The notes beneath the pieces are model-generated. The model was not told the DNA's origin, did no database searches, and was given only the letters and a program-made list of their open reading frames with translations. A stretch of 64,000 nt of DNA, taken from assembly GCF_009914755.1 (NCBI RefSeq), contig NC_060927.1; one strand, given 5' to 3'. A program made the translations under genes and the position numbers. The stretch is from the human T2T-CHM13v2.0 reference genome, Homo sapiens. This document shows, piece after piece, positions 30,485 to 45,668 of this stretch (the first letter of the stretch is position 1; every line of letters starts with the position of its first letter).

Positions 30485-31024
30485 TTCTGACTGGTAATAA
30501 AATGTTGGAGGACTGCTAATGATAGTGCCTCAACAACCCAGTTCATTTATAGGTGGAACAAGTTAACTGGCCAAAAGGAGGATTCAGATGTGGTCTCCAG
30601 CTGTGGTTTCATAGAAGTTAACAAGTAAAATCCAGCAAAGTATCATAATCTCAAAATTTGTAATTAATGGGCATAATACTCAAGAAAAATCTAATTACTT
30701 CCAATCTGATTCATCCCAATCTCTTTATCTCCTTAAAAAAAGGTAGAAATTCTAAGCTACGAACTACTACAAACTACTTTTACTATAAACATACTTTTAA
30801 AACAAAATAATCATGCAGTTTCAAAATCTGGGAGCTGACAACATATAAAAATATATTCTTTAAAACTGGCTTTGAGCCCCACCACATTCTCCTAATGGCT
30901 CATCTTCATGCAGCTGGGATTCAGAGATGATGCCCTAGTCCCACTGTGTGGCCTCAACAGTTTCCTAGTATCATATCTAGCATGCACCCGCATCCTAGAC
31001 ATTTCTCAAAAGAGAAGGCCCAGG

Positions 31025-31311
31025 GACTGGACCTGGTGGCTCGCACCTGTAATCCCAGCACTTTGGGAGGCCAAGGTGGGCGGATCATGAGGTCTCTTGG
31101 AGTGTGAGACCAGCCTGGCCAACATGGTGAAACCTTGTCTCTACTAAAAATACAAAAATTAGCCGGGCATGGTGGCATGTGTCTATAATCCCAGCTCGGG
31201 AGGCTGAGGCAGGAGAATTGCTTGAACCCAGGAGCTGGAGGTCGCAGTGAGCCCAGATCCAGCCTGGGCAACATAGCAAGACTCTGTCTCCAAAAAAAAA
31301 AAAAAAAAAAA
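31025..31311 (+). mobile_element. AluS with a small right-arm deletion (antisense in PDCD10 last intron)
   Basis: Alu body; 17-bp TSD aaaagagaagg(c/g)ccagg at 31008 and 31312. Confidence 0.92.
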
Positions 31312-32272
31312 AAAAGAGAAGGGCCAGGAAGAAATAGCTGAATCAATGCAAATCCATCCCCCTACTGAAAGATGGCCTAAAGATCAGGTTCTATCAATAA
31401 TTTTCTGTTTTGAGGAAACAGGTATAAAACTCAAGCACATTATTGATACACAAAGAACTGGAATTTTAAAAAGCTGCTGAATGGAGAGAAAGTAGTAGCA
31501 ACGACACTGAATCCATATGCAGAGTAAATAATTTCAATTAATTAATGAAAATTAGTCTCTAAATTAATGTCTACCTTTCATTGTGCTTATTCCATAATAG
31601 TAATTTAAAATCAGAAATAATAATCCCATCATGTAAATTATTATTTTAATGTGTTTTTGGTTATTTGAGCTTAGCATAAATCAAATAAAAGTTTATTTTC
31701 AAAACACAAATGCCAGCTTATTAAACTAAGTCATCAAGGAGCATTTCCCTTAGACAAACCTGTGTATGGAACACCACCACAAAACAAGTAATAAAATTTA
31801 GCTCGATATCTCTAATTCATAATATAAATGTAAATACTTCAACCTGTTTGAACTGTTAAAAATGACTCTGAAAATTAACATAATTCTATCTAATGTATTT
31901 TTATCATTTTTAAATATTACTACAATAATACTGTAATGATGTGACATGAATATAGAGATCTTAAAACCTGAATAGCAGGATGGAATGATTGAGGTCTCTA
32001 TTTACTTTTCTGACTTTAAGCACTGTTAAAAAATAATCTTGTTCAAAAAATTCTCACATTTGACTTGAAGTGCAAATAACTACCTATACGGCCAGACTTT
32101 CCATCAGTTTATACATTATACGTATGCATGTATGTATGTTAAAATATATAAAATCTCTTGGTTTTCTATAGTGCATCACAACCAATTATATATAAATTAA
32201 AAAATAATGTCCAATTTACATTTTAGTATATTTCCTATTTTATAGAATGATGCTGTGAAAGCCTCTTTCCAG

Positions 32273-32942
32273 GAGAGTGGGTCAAAACCCTTACAGCACT
32301 TTAAAAACATCTGGGGCACTTTTACAAAATATCTAAACCCTGACTCCACTCCCAGCCAACTGAATCAGAATCTCTGCAGGTGGGGCCTAGGCAGTGGGAA
32401 TTTTTTAAAAACTGTCCTCAAGTGACTCTAATGCACAGAAAGGATTGACAACTATTGCTTTAACTTTAGTGCAGTAGTTCTCAATAGACCTGTAATGTAT
32501 CACCTGAAAATTTCTAAGAAATGCAAATTCTTAGGCTCCATCCTAGACCTACGAAATCAGAAATTCTAGAAGTGGGACCCTCGAGCAATTTGCAATTTGA
32601 CTGTAACAAGTCCTCCAGATGACTCTGATGCCACTAAAGTTTGAGAACCACTGTTTCAGGAGTGTATAAAGTAGGCCAATGAACTAAAATTGCTTTTACA
32701 TTTTTAAATGGTTAAAAAACAAAAGAAGAATATTATATGACAGGTAAAAATTATTTCAAGATACTGAAATTTGAATTTTGTATAAAGTTTTATTAAAACA
32801 CAGTCACACCCCCTTGTTTGTACATTGTCTATGGCTTGTTTCTGTACTACAACAGCAGAGATGGGTGGATAACGGCAACAGGCCCACCAAATCTAACATA
32901 TTTACTACCTGGCTCTTTTCAGAAAGCGTCTGATAACTCCTG
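32273..32942. mobile_element. hAT-Charlie MITE cluster (two MER5-type plus one MER58-type)
   Basis: actgaatcagaatctctg, cagtagttctcaa...ttgagaaccactg, tataaagttttattaaaacacag. Confidence 0.75.
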
Positions 32943-33128
32943 TTCTAGAAAGGAGTTATGGCTAGATTAGCAACCATTCATTTTCTATTGTTAATGGTCT
33001 GCCTTCATTATCAGTTGCCTGGAGTACTAATAATAAAATAAAAGGGCTTAATTTATGTGGTTTTCATATCATATAAAACCACATAATCTATTTAATTTTA
33101 AAAGTAAAGGATAAATTACAGTACTTAC

Positions 33129-33211
33129 TTGCCATCTTTAAAATACGTTTTCAGAGTATCACTGAAACTTTTGGAGTACTTTACAAATTCTTTCTTTTGG
33201 TGTTCAAGTGC
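33129..33211 (-). CDS. PDCD10: PDCD10 coding exon (83 bp, ALEHQKKEFVKYSKSFSDTLKTYFKDGK)
   Basis: Matches CCM3; acceptor tgtag|GCACTT, donor GGCAA|gtaagt. Confidence 0.98.
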
Positions 33212-33440
33212 CTACAGTCACAAAATATAATAAGAAATAAAGTACTAAATAAGAGAAATAATCACAAAAGCCAAAGGCAAGGACAAGAGATTACACAGGA
33301 TATGGGATGCACTTTATATGAATATTACTAATAAGCAATTGTGGAGTACTCACTTTTAAATAAAAAGGCATATTTAAATTCAAGAATAAACTCAATGGTT
33401 AATGACACAAAACTATTTCCAACAATCAATCTTATTTTTA

Positions 33441-33671
<231 letters not shown>

Positions 33672-36191
33672 TTAAGTACACTCTTAATCTAATCACAGTA
33701 CACTCTTAATTATGTTAAGCGCAATCACTTCAAGAACAGCCAGCCTTTTCGGCTAGCTGGTTGGAGTGGGGATTTTAGCCTATACCCCTCTGTAATCCTG
33801 ATTCTCTTGCACTGCTGACCAAAGGTTGCCAACCAAGACCAACTTTCTCAAATCAATCACATTTCATTAAGCGTTCCTTACTCAAATTTATAAAAAGATA
33901 AACATTACCTATGCCTGTCTTTTCCCATTTTAAAATTTTTCTTTGCTCTGGCTAATGTAGCTAAATTCAAGCTACCATGTTCTCTACTTTTGTTATTTGA
34001 ACAAGGAACAATTTTATAATATTCTGCATTACATATAACTCAATTCTGTATTTAACAATGCTGTATGCTAGATACCTATTAGTTTTGATGTTTAACATAA
34101 AATATTTCCTCCTCAGAAAATATTCCTCTCCCCTGAGGAAATATTCTTCCTCCCTTACTCTTTTACAGACACTTTTAGCTTCTATCTAGCAGCCAAATAT
34201 CCTCCTCTTTCAAACACTTACTATCAGTCACTATTCCCTTTGGAAAATATTTAAATTACTAGAGGAGACAACATCACAATATTCTTGCACTTTAACCTTC
34301 CCAGCAATCATCCTTTGACTATATATGCATCATCACCTCCCTCCCCTTTCTAAAGAAAAAAAAGAAGAAATGAATAATTCTCATTTGAGTTGACTGTTCT
34401 TCCTATCCATGCACCATTTTTTCTGAACTTTTTTTTGCCTTTCTAACTAGCCCCTTTTGATTTCCACATTTTAACCTCATAGCAATTTTTTTCCGCCAAA
34501 TTGAACTTGATGTAATTCTGCATTCTCAAATAGTCTCACATTCTCTGCGACAAACCTTCTTTTTCACAGTCATTCTCTTAGCTGTTAGTCACAACAAAAA
34601 CTTCAAATGCAATGCAACTGTGAAGAAATGAATAAGATGGAAATCTGCACCATCCTAAACATAACATTTTATTACTAATACTAATTACAAATGCCAGATT
34701 TCAGTTATTTCCTATCTAAAACATTTCAACATTCCTATTTCAAGGGGAAAAAAACCTCAGTGTCCAGGTTTCTGTGTGCATGTGGGTGTTTCCCAGCATA
34801 TTTTTCAGTAAATAAGCTTGTAGAAATTTTAAGAATTAAAAGCATACAGAATTTTGATATTTTTTAAAAAAGTATTTTAGAGTACTCTGAAGTAGTAATT
34901 CCATTTTCATTGATTATTTCAATAATATTTTACTTATTACCTCTCTCAGGTCAAACACTGGTATTGGGCTGAAACATTGAAACATTACATATTCAAGTAG
35001 GACAGTAAGTCTTACATAAATGTTATCTAATTTTTTTTTGCCTCTGGTTTAGTAACAGCAGTTTTTAATTAGATAACTATTCCTTTCATTTATGGCTTAA
35101 GTTGAATCTTTGTATATTGGTGTGATGGACATAAACCCACTATTGTTTAATAAAATGCTGTCATAGGACTATTCTGTGAGAAAAATTACAATTTCAACAA
35201 ATAAAACATGTCAAATCTCTAAATATGCAAGCTTCTCCAAATCCACAATGGAGTTATTTAAAATGGAATATAATGGAGCAAATTACATAGTGATCAGACA
35301 GAAGTTTATATAGTCTTACTTTGTAGTGTATTTCAATATTCTGCTAAAGAGGAATAAAATGTGTTTCCGGGGCTAGTCATCAAAATGAGCGTATGTTTCA
35401 TATACAATAACAGTGGCTAGATTCTACAAGTCAAAAGAGTGGGTCTGAAACATGTTGCCTCATGCACCTAGGGAGACAAAAACACAGGGGAGAAGAAGGG
35501 AGGGTTTTGCTGGACAAAAAAAGAAAGACCTGCTGATAAATACTGGAAATCTCTATTTTAAAAGGGGGTGGGGGGAGGCGCAACTCCTCAGGTGACTGCT
35601 GATGAGTCAGGTTTGAAAACTTGGAGCTAAGGTTTAATGCCTTATTGGAACAGAGCTCTCTGTCAACCAAGGCCATTTATTCCTAAGCCTCTGTTTGGAC
35701 ACGAGGCAAAAGACTGTTAAATGCCTACCAAATTGTAGAAAAAATGTTCTCTAGAAACAATCTGCAGCAATGTATGTCAAATATTATGTTATCCATATGT
35801 ACACAGAAAAGTATTTTCATTTATGGCACCAAGGTGTGCACATAGAGAAGCTAAATTATATTAGTAACTACCAGAGAGTTTGTTTCCTACGAGAGAAAAT
35901 ACCAGGACAAAAAAACCACTATAGACAATTAACCAGATAAAGAACTGAGAAAAAACTTGAGGGTAAAATAAATATCGCATAACTAATGAATGCGGCTTGG
36001 TGCAGATGAATTCTGTGATAAGAGGCAGATAGTATGAGTAGAAGGAGAAGGAACTTAGCAATTTGCACCAACCTAATAGCGCAGCTTTGCGAAACATTAC
36101 ACTGAAAGGCAAAGGCTTCAGATGAAACGTAAACATACATCTTATCAAAAAACTGCAATAGAAAAGTAGAGTTTCTAATCATGCCACCCAA

Positions 36192-36501
36192 ATTTGCATG
36201 ATACGCATTTATGCAAATGCACTAATGAAAGGGAATCCCTGTGCTTTATGTTGAGTTTGGTTTAGACTGGAAAACTCTGAAAAAATCTATTCTGAACCCT
36301 TCATGAAAACTCCTAACTTAAAACAAATAAACCTTGCTGAATTTTAGCCTAAGAATATGCAAATGCAGATTACAAACAGTAAATAAATGCCTGGCTTTTT
36401 TATTTTGGTCTGTTAAATCACGAGTCTCCACTAGTTTTCCATTAGTTGAGATGTATTGGACTTCAAAAAAAATACAAATTAATTTTATAACATATTTGCA
36501 T
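36192..36501. promoter_or_regulatory. Cluster of four perfect octamer motifs (candidate POU-factor enhancer)
   Basis: ATTTGCAT 36192 and 36494; ATGCAAAT 36211 and 36357; in repeat-free intronic DNA. Confidence 0.5.
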
Positions 36502-38130
36502 AGCTCAAATGTACTCAGGCACACACATTCATTGATCAAAAGGCCTTTTGAAATATTTGCTGGATCATTTTTCCTTATCAACTCCATTGAGAAAAGGGAG
36601 GAAAATCCTCATTTCACAATGTTATTATAGCATGTACTGTTGAATGTATGCTAGGTTCTGTGCTAGGCACTTCATGTACATCATTTCTTTCAATTCTCAC
36701 AAGTCATTACCCTCATTTTCAGAGGCACAAACTAAAATGACAGAAGTTAAGCAACTTATATCCAAGGTTACATAGCTAAATGTTGGAACACAGATTCAAA
36801 TCTAGGTCTGCTAATATATTCAAAATTGCCTGAATATTTATTAGCTGTCAGGATTCTTTTTTACTTGTACTTTGATACAATCTATAGCATCACCTATAGT
36901 ACTTGGTGTAATATGTATATGACATATGCTTATTGAAAAATGTTGCTAAAATGAATAAAGGGGATAACTACCTTAGATATAAGAAAGTAAAATATTGGAG
37001 AAACGCCTGAAGAAGAAATCATTTTCTATTTTAGTGCAATTTTATCCACTAATTTGTCAATTAATAATGGTAAGAACATACATGAAAATGTACCAATATA
37101 TGACAGTGATACAAATAATTATACTTTAGCCTATCTATGCTATTCATATGTGGTTGAATTTTAGTCTCAGAAATAACATACATATCAACAAACTTGCCAG
37201 GGCAAATTATCCCTCCTCAAATGGTTAGGAAGTAAATTTTCATTGCCACCATTACTCTTAATTCAATTGTGCTAAATTAGTACACTCTAGAAAACAGAAC
37301 TGAAGTATTATTACTCCCTCATAAAGAAAACAACACCCTAAAGAAAGCCTCTGTCAATGACTATAGACAAGACTCTTAAGCTCAATTTCCTTATGACTAA
37401 AATGTGCTGCTAATAATGTGGTTTTCAAACCGCAGCTCCCTAGAGTCACAGACGGTTTAGCAGAGATGTCTCAGGGACTCTGTAGGGGGAAAGAGGATGT
37501 CAAAGTGACAGGATGAGAGCTCTGGGCCTACATTTCTATGCCAGTTTCAACCACAATACTGTTATCTCTCTCACGTACTGGCATTCTATGTTAAAATATC
37601 CTTTTTCACATTTCTTTCAAATGGCAGAAACTCTATTTTTCAATCTCCAGATTACATCAACATTGGAAGTCTGTGATTGGGAAACAGCAGTGAACACCTG
37701 GCATTAGATTGCCTGGGTTCAAATCCAGCTCTACCACTTAATAGGTAAGTTCTGTGGCCTTACCTAATTTTCTGTGCCTGCTTCAATTTCCTCACTTGTT
37801 ACTGGGTTGTTGTGATAAGTAAATAAATGTAAAGTGATTAAAATAGTGCTTAGCATATAATAAGTCCTATATAAATGATTGTTATTAAGATGACATTGAT
37901 TATATAAACCTACTTCGATGATCTGAAGCAAAATCTGCTGCAAATATTATTTTAAATGTCAAATCTTCATAGAAATGTGTCATGGCTCATCAACAAGTAC
38001 ACGATTATCAAAGCAAATGAAAACTTACCAAATTATTTCAAAACTTTAGAAATAAATAGTCTAAACAACTAAGTTTGGGATCACTGACAATTTATCCTTT
38101 TACAGGCCAAACATGTTTACTTTAACTATA

Positions 38131-38416
38131 CAGGGCGAGTATCCCTTAAACAAAATGCTTGAGACCAGAAGTCTTTAGACCTGGGGATGAGGCCCAAGTA
38201 TAAACATGAAATTCATTTATGTTTCATAAAGTGCATCCATATATGCATACATTTTGTGCATACAACAAAGTTTTGATTGTGTTTTGACTACAACCCATCC
38301 ATCACATGAGGTCAGACGTGGAATTTTCCACTTATGGTGTCATGTCACGGTGCTCAAAAAGTTTTGGATTTTGGAGCATTTAGAATTTGATATTCAAATT
38401 AGGGATGCTCAACTTG
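38131..38416. mobile_element. MER46/Tigger4-type MITE
   Basis: TIR-like cagggcgagtatccct / agggatgctcaacttg with TA flanks. Confidence 0.8.
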
Positions 38417-38531
38417 TACCAGATTAAAAATAAAACTCCATGAACAGTTGATTATCTTCCTCCTTCACATATTAAAAGTAGAAAAGGAAGCTGGGGCTTT
38501 CCCATAGGAAAGGTAAAATACAAAACCCTTA

Positions 38532-38850
<319 letters not shown>

Positions 38851-39117
38851 TTAGTGTTTGTCCCTTGTGACACAGATTTTGGCTATTCAATTAAAAGCCT
38901 TTTTTATATTCCTGGCCCTTAATTATTGTCAAAGAGTAGGGTCATTCCTTGATAGCTGGGTTGCATACCTATCACGAACCATTATTTTCTATGGGACATA
39001 TTCCTCTCTTTATGTGACTCAAAAGAGAGTATCCAAACTAGCTAGGTATCCAAACAAGCTAAAATAGCATTTCTCAATGTGAATGACAAAGAATACTATT
39101 TTCAAAAGATGAATGTT

Positions 39118-40644
<1,527 letters not shown>

Positions 40645-41129
40645 CAAAAGATGAATGTTACTATTTATTCCAAGTGAGTCTCCTTAGGTTCTTCAAAGTT
40701 ACCACATATGTCACAGCCTCTTCCAGAAAAAGACCTGCGCTAAATCTTTTCTCCCCAGCAATATCTACCTATGGTTTCACCAAAACCATGCATTGATAGT
40801 GACACTGCAAGTATTCCCAGCTTTCTTTGTTTTTTATCCACTGAGGCTGAAGAAAATTATCAGACTTTCTAGTTTAAAGATACTTATGTAGGGATTATGT
40901 TTTCACTCAATCCCCTACCCTCTCACCCTTCACTGTACTCCAGAAGAGTGTCCCTGGTCTGAGAACTACTGCTCTAGGATGACCCTTCTTGCTGCTGCTC
41001 ACCAGCCAGCCTTCTGGCCCCATGAGTATTCTTGGTCTTATTTAACCTATATCCCCCAAAGGCAAGGATTTAGAGGCTATTTGGTCAGTCTTAGAAAACA
41101 CTACTCATGCCTAAGAGTACGTTACTTAC

Positions 41130-41149
41130 CTTAATGACTGCTGCTATTT
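41130..41149 (-). other. Candidate 20-nt alternative (poison) microexon of PDCD10
   Basis: tttttatttcag|AAATAGCAGCAGTCATTAAG|gtaagt; in-frame TAA when spliced after the 127-bp exon. Confidence 0.4.
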
Positions 41150-41489
41150 CTGAAATAAAAATTATTTTGGTATATCTTACTACCAATCTCTAGGATATAT
41201 CCAGTTTCTCTATTCATTTATCTGACATTTATATCTTCCCATCATTTATGTAGTTCAAACTACATTCCAGTTTATGCACATTTCATTGTTGTTTTAAAAT
41301 TAAACATTCTAAAAAATGCTGTACTCTGAAACCAAACGCCATAAAGTTAATAAAATGTGGTATTTAAAAATTTGAGATTTTATTTCAAATAAGCATTTCA
41401 AGTTAGTCATACCAAAATTAAAAAATGTAGATGAGTAGTTCCTCGGAAGTACTTTTAAGAAAAGAAGAAACAAAACAAATAATTGCTTA

Positions 41490-41696
<207 letters not shown>

Positions 41697-42880
41697 TCAA
41701 AGGCAGGTGAGGGAGGTGAAAGGCCAGATAATTAGGAAAGACAAGGTTGCAAAGCAGAATTCATTAGCGTTTGACTTAGTCCAGTAACAACAGCAGGGCT
41801 CCCTTCAAGTAAAGTATCACAAAAAGAAAGAATAAATATTTTCAATTTGGGACAAAAGGACATCCCATGAAATCTTAAAAAAAAAAAACACACAAAAAAA
41901 AAACAGATTTAAAAGGGAGGCTTAAGTTCAACCGTACTCTGACATTACATTTCCCAAGGAAACCTTAAATTAAATAATGAGTGTCATAACTAGTGCAAAG
42001 GTAATATCTACTTGCCAACTGGAAAGATTAAAAATTTAAAACCCCTATATTTAATATACATTGCTTCATCATATTAAAACCCCAAATAATCTAATAAAAT
42101 CTTCTACACATTTTTGAAATCTCACTTAAAAACAAAAACACCAGCACAAATCCAACACACAGGCTGGGATCACAGAACACCAATTTTGGAAAGGAGACTT
42201 CACTAGATTCATTGCAGACTTGGAAGCATTACAACTCTACCAATTCATCAATATATTATGGCCTAATGGGCTGCAAATGCTCAACTCTAAATAATGATAA
42301 GGGCTTTCTTAAAATCATGGAATCAGTTAAAATACCTGCTTTGTGTTCTTCCTTAATAATTCTGGGAAATTATATGTCCATATTTTTCTAAATTAGTGGG
42401 AAAACTGCTACTAAACTTAAGTAAAACCAACGTCTAAATAATTTCAAGTAAAAAAAATAAGAAAAGTAAAAAGGATGGTTATATTATTCTCTTAAATCTG
42501 TGCTTGAAACACAGATGCTGTACTAAAGTTAAAAAAACAACAAAACAAAAACCTCATTACTTTCAAACTGTTGTTTGCTTAAAGTCAACACATTCCAAAT
42601 AAGCTTATCTTTTAGTAAAACTGAAACTCACCAAACATAAAGGGGGGAAAAATTGAAGTATGCAGCATAAACAAAGTTCAAGTAATTAAATCTCACAAAT
42701 ATAAAAAGCAAGAAAAACCATTTTTCTATTTTATCTACATTAGCTTCCACTATCACTATCACCACCACCACCATCATCATCATAAGTGAAAGGGAGGGAG
42801 GGAAAACAGTAGGGAAGGAAGATCCTTTGGTCAAATAATAATGATTTAGAGGAAGTGCTATTTAACAATTGTATAACTTA

Positions 42881-43021
<141 letters not shown>

Positions 43022-44277
43022 CTATAATAAAGAGAAAACTAGTTTTGAAATACAGATAAGGAATCAACATTTTAAAGCCAAAGTTTAATTGTTTAGAATC
43101 TGTTGGGAGCGTCTTACACTGATAACTTTTAAGGGCAGAAATCTTTGTAAAGCAGGTGTCATGATAGCATTCACTAAGGCTTTGTTAGAGCTTGTGCACC
43201 CGACTCTTTACTATGACTAAGGTTCCATTTTCCATTTGAACAGAAAGAACTTAGTATTTTCTACTCTTCTTTATACTCTTTTGCAATTGAACTAATAACA
43301 AAGATAGAATTAAGGATTATATATGTTTTAGTAATCTATCAATTGCTATTCTCATTACTTTAAATATCTTGAGAATTTAAGCTTTTTTTAATGTGCTAAT
43401 ACTGCAACTCAAGGATCAAGCAATAACTCATCTGACTAGTGTTTTGCATATTCTTTCCATTTATATTAAGAGAATGCCAGGAAAAACAAAAAAGGATTTA
43501 TTTTGAAGGTTTTACTGAACCTATATAATAATACCTTAACTATTTTCCCACACAATGATTTTCATTTCCTATTTTATTTTTGTAGCAAGAATATTTCCTT
43601 CACTGGTTTCTAGAACATCATGAAACCTTTTACTACCTTTTGAGCTTGTTTCATTGAGTTTGCATTGGTTCTATGTTACTTAGACTCCCCAAGACACTAA
43701 AATTTTCTAGCCATTTCAAGACTGGGCATAGAGTTCTGAGTTTACCAAAGCCAGAGTTAATCTTCAGATTTCAGTTTTTCCCAGTAAATTCTGTAATCAC
43801 ACTTGATGTTTGTTTCCTGTAGGATGCCTGCCAATTTTAATCATTATGCTGATGATTTTCTTTCCTTTTTGCCCTAATATTAAACAGCAAAATAGAAACA
43901 CAATTTACGATCTTAATCAGATGGCAATCTTTTTGTTTCCTTATGTGTCAAGCACACTTAACCTCCGCCTCTTCAATTCCATTGATTATCACTGCAGATA
44001 CAGTTTTCTTCTCTTCCTATTGCTCTTTCCATTATAACATCTTGTTTCTCATTAGATCTCAAGTATCAAAAACTGAAGGGTTGTGGGATGAAATGAGAAA
44101 AGAAAATACACGCATTTATTCCAATCTTCGGATCATTTTAAATGCTGTCAGATACTATTCAGGAAAATCATTTTGATAGATGATTAATAACAATAAACTG
44201 TGTTTGACTGAATCCTGTTTCTTTTACAGCCTATGTTGACTTTTCCTTCCATGGATATATATTTTAAAAAGAATCTA

Positions 44278-44454
<177 letters not shown>

Positions 44455-45668
44455 CTGTGTTTTTTAAAAAAGGAGTTTCCTTTATAAGATGTCCAAATAT
44501 GGCTTAAGATGTGTTGTTATAGCATTAATGCGGTGAACTGCCACAAAATTACATATAATGTAGCATTCAGTAACAATACTTTATCTTATCTAGCAATAAA
44601 TCTTCCTACATAATGAATTATCTTGGGGAGAGGGGGAACATTCTCTATGTGCTTGCAGGGGACAGAAAAAGAAAAGCATATCTCTGATTAAGTTATAATA
44701 AAGTACTGAAAGGTTAAAATGCTGAAAGTCTGAGAATAAAGTTTTCAATACCAAGCTGGTCTGGGACCCCAAAATGCTAAAGCTAGAGCATTACAAAAGT
44801 CTCACAAAGGTCCCTAACTTTCTCAGTTTTCAGTGTCCTTAGTGCCAAAAGATACACCTCACAGTGCTGTTTATTAAATACTTAGGTCTAAACAACTTAA
44901 TAAGTATAGTGTCCTAACTACCTAGCCTTTAAAAAAATAATACACATAAATTGAAAAAAACAATTTTTACTCTGTTCTTAAATAACTATTGTCACTTATT
45001 ACTGGGATGTGTGTGCCTACTGGGCACTTCATAATTTCTCAAACATTGGTCTTAGATTGGACCTTGCCCCTCTCATTTCCTCTTGCAGATATATTTTTTT
45101 CTGGTACTTCTGTTAGATCATAGCACTGGCCAAAAAGTCCAGCTTCTCAATGATCTAACACCAATGAAAGCAGTGAAGGACAATCCAATATGCTAAATTG
45201 CAATCCATCTCAAGCTAGGAGTCCATGCAGTGTCAAACAGATGTTGAGTATCACTGTACACCTTCACAATTTTAAAATACTTCGTGGCACCCCTCTGAAT
45301 TTGCTATGGGCCACCAGGTACCTCAGTACATAGTTTGGAAGGAGTAGTCTCAGTACCTCCTGGCTAAAAACCTGGTTAAGCTAATTCTTATTTCAAAAGC
45401 TTGAATTTACCAAATGGCTCTGACTGACAAAATGAATAAATATGGTCTTAAATCAGGGAGACAATCTACAACTCTTAGGTTTTCCCTCAGAATACAACAT
45501 GAACCCTGTAGGGTGTCTAATCTTTGTAAAGAATCCAGCTGTAAGAAAAAAATAAACCGAAGGGCAGCAACATACACTCTTGTGGATCAGTGATTCTCAG
45601 TCTGGAAGACGGACAACCTATCGGAACCTCTCATAGAGGATAAGGGGGAGAGGGAATCAAGTAGAATA

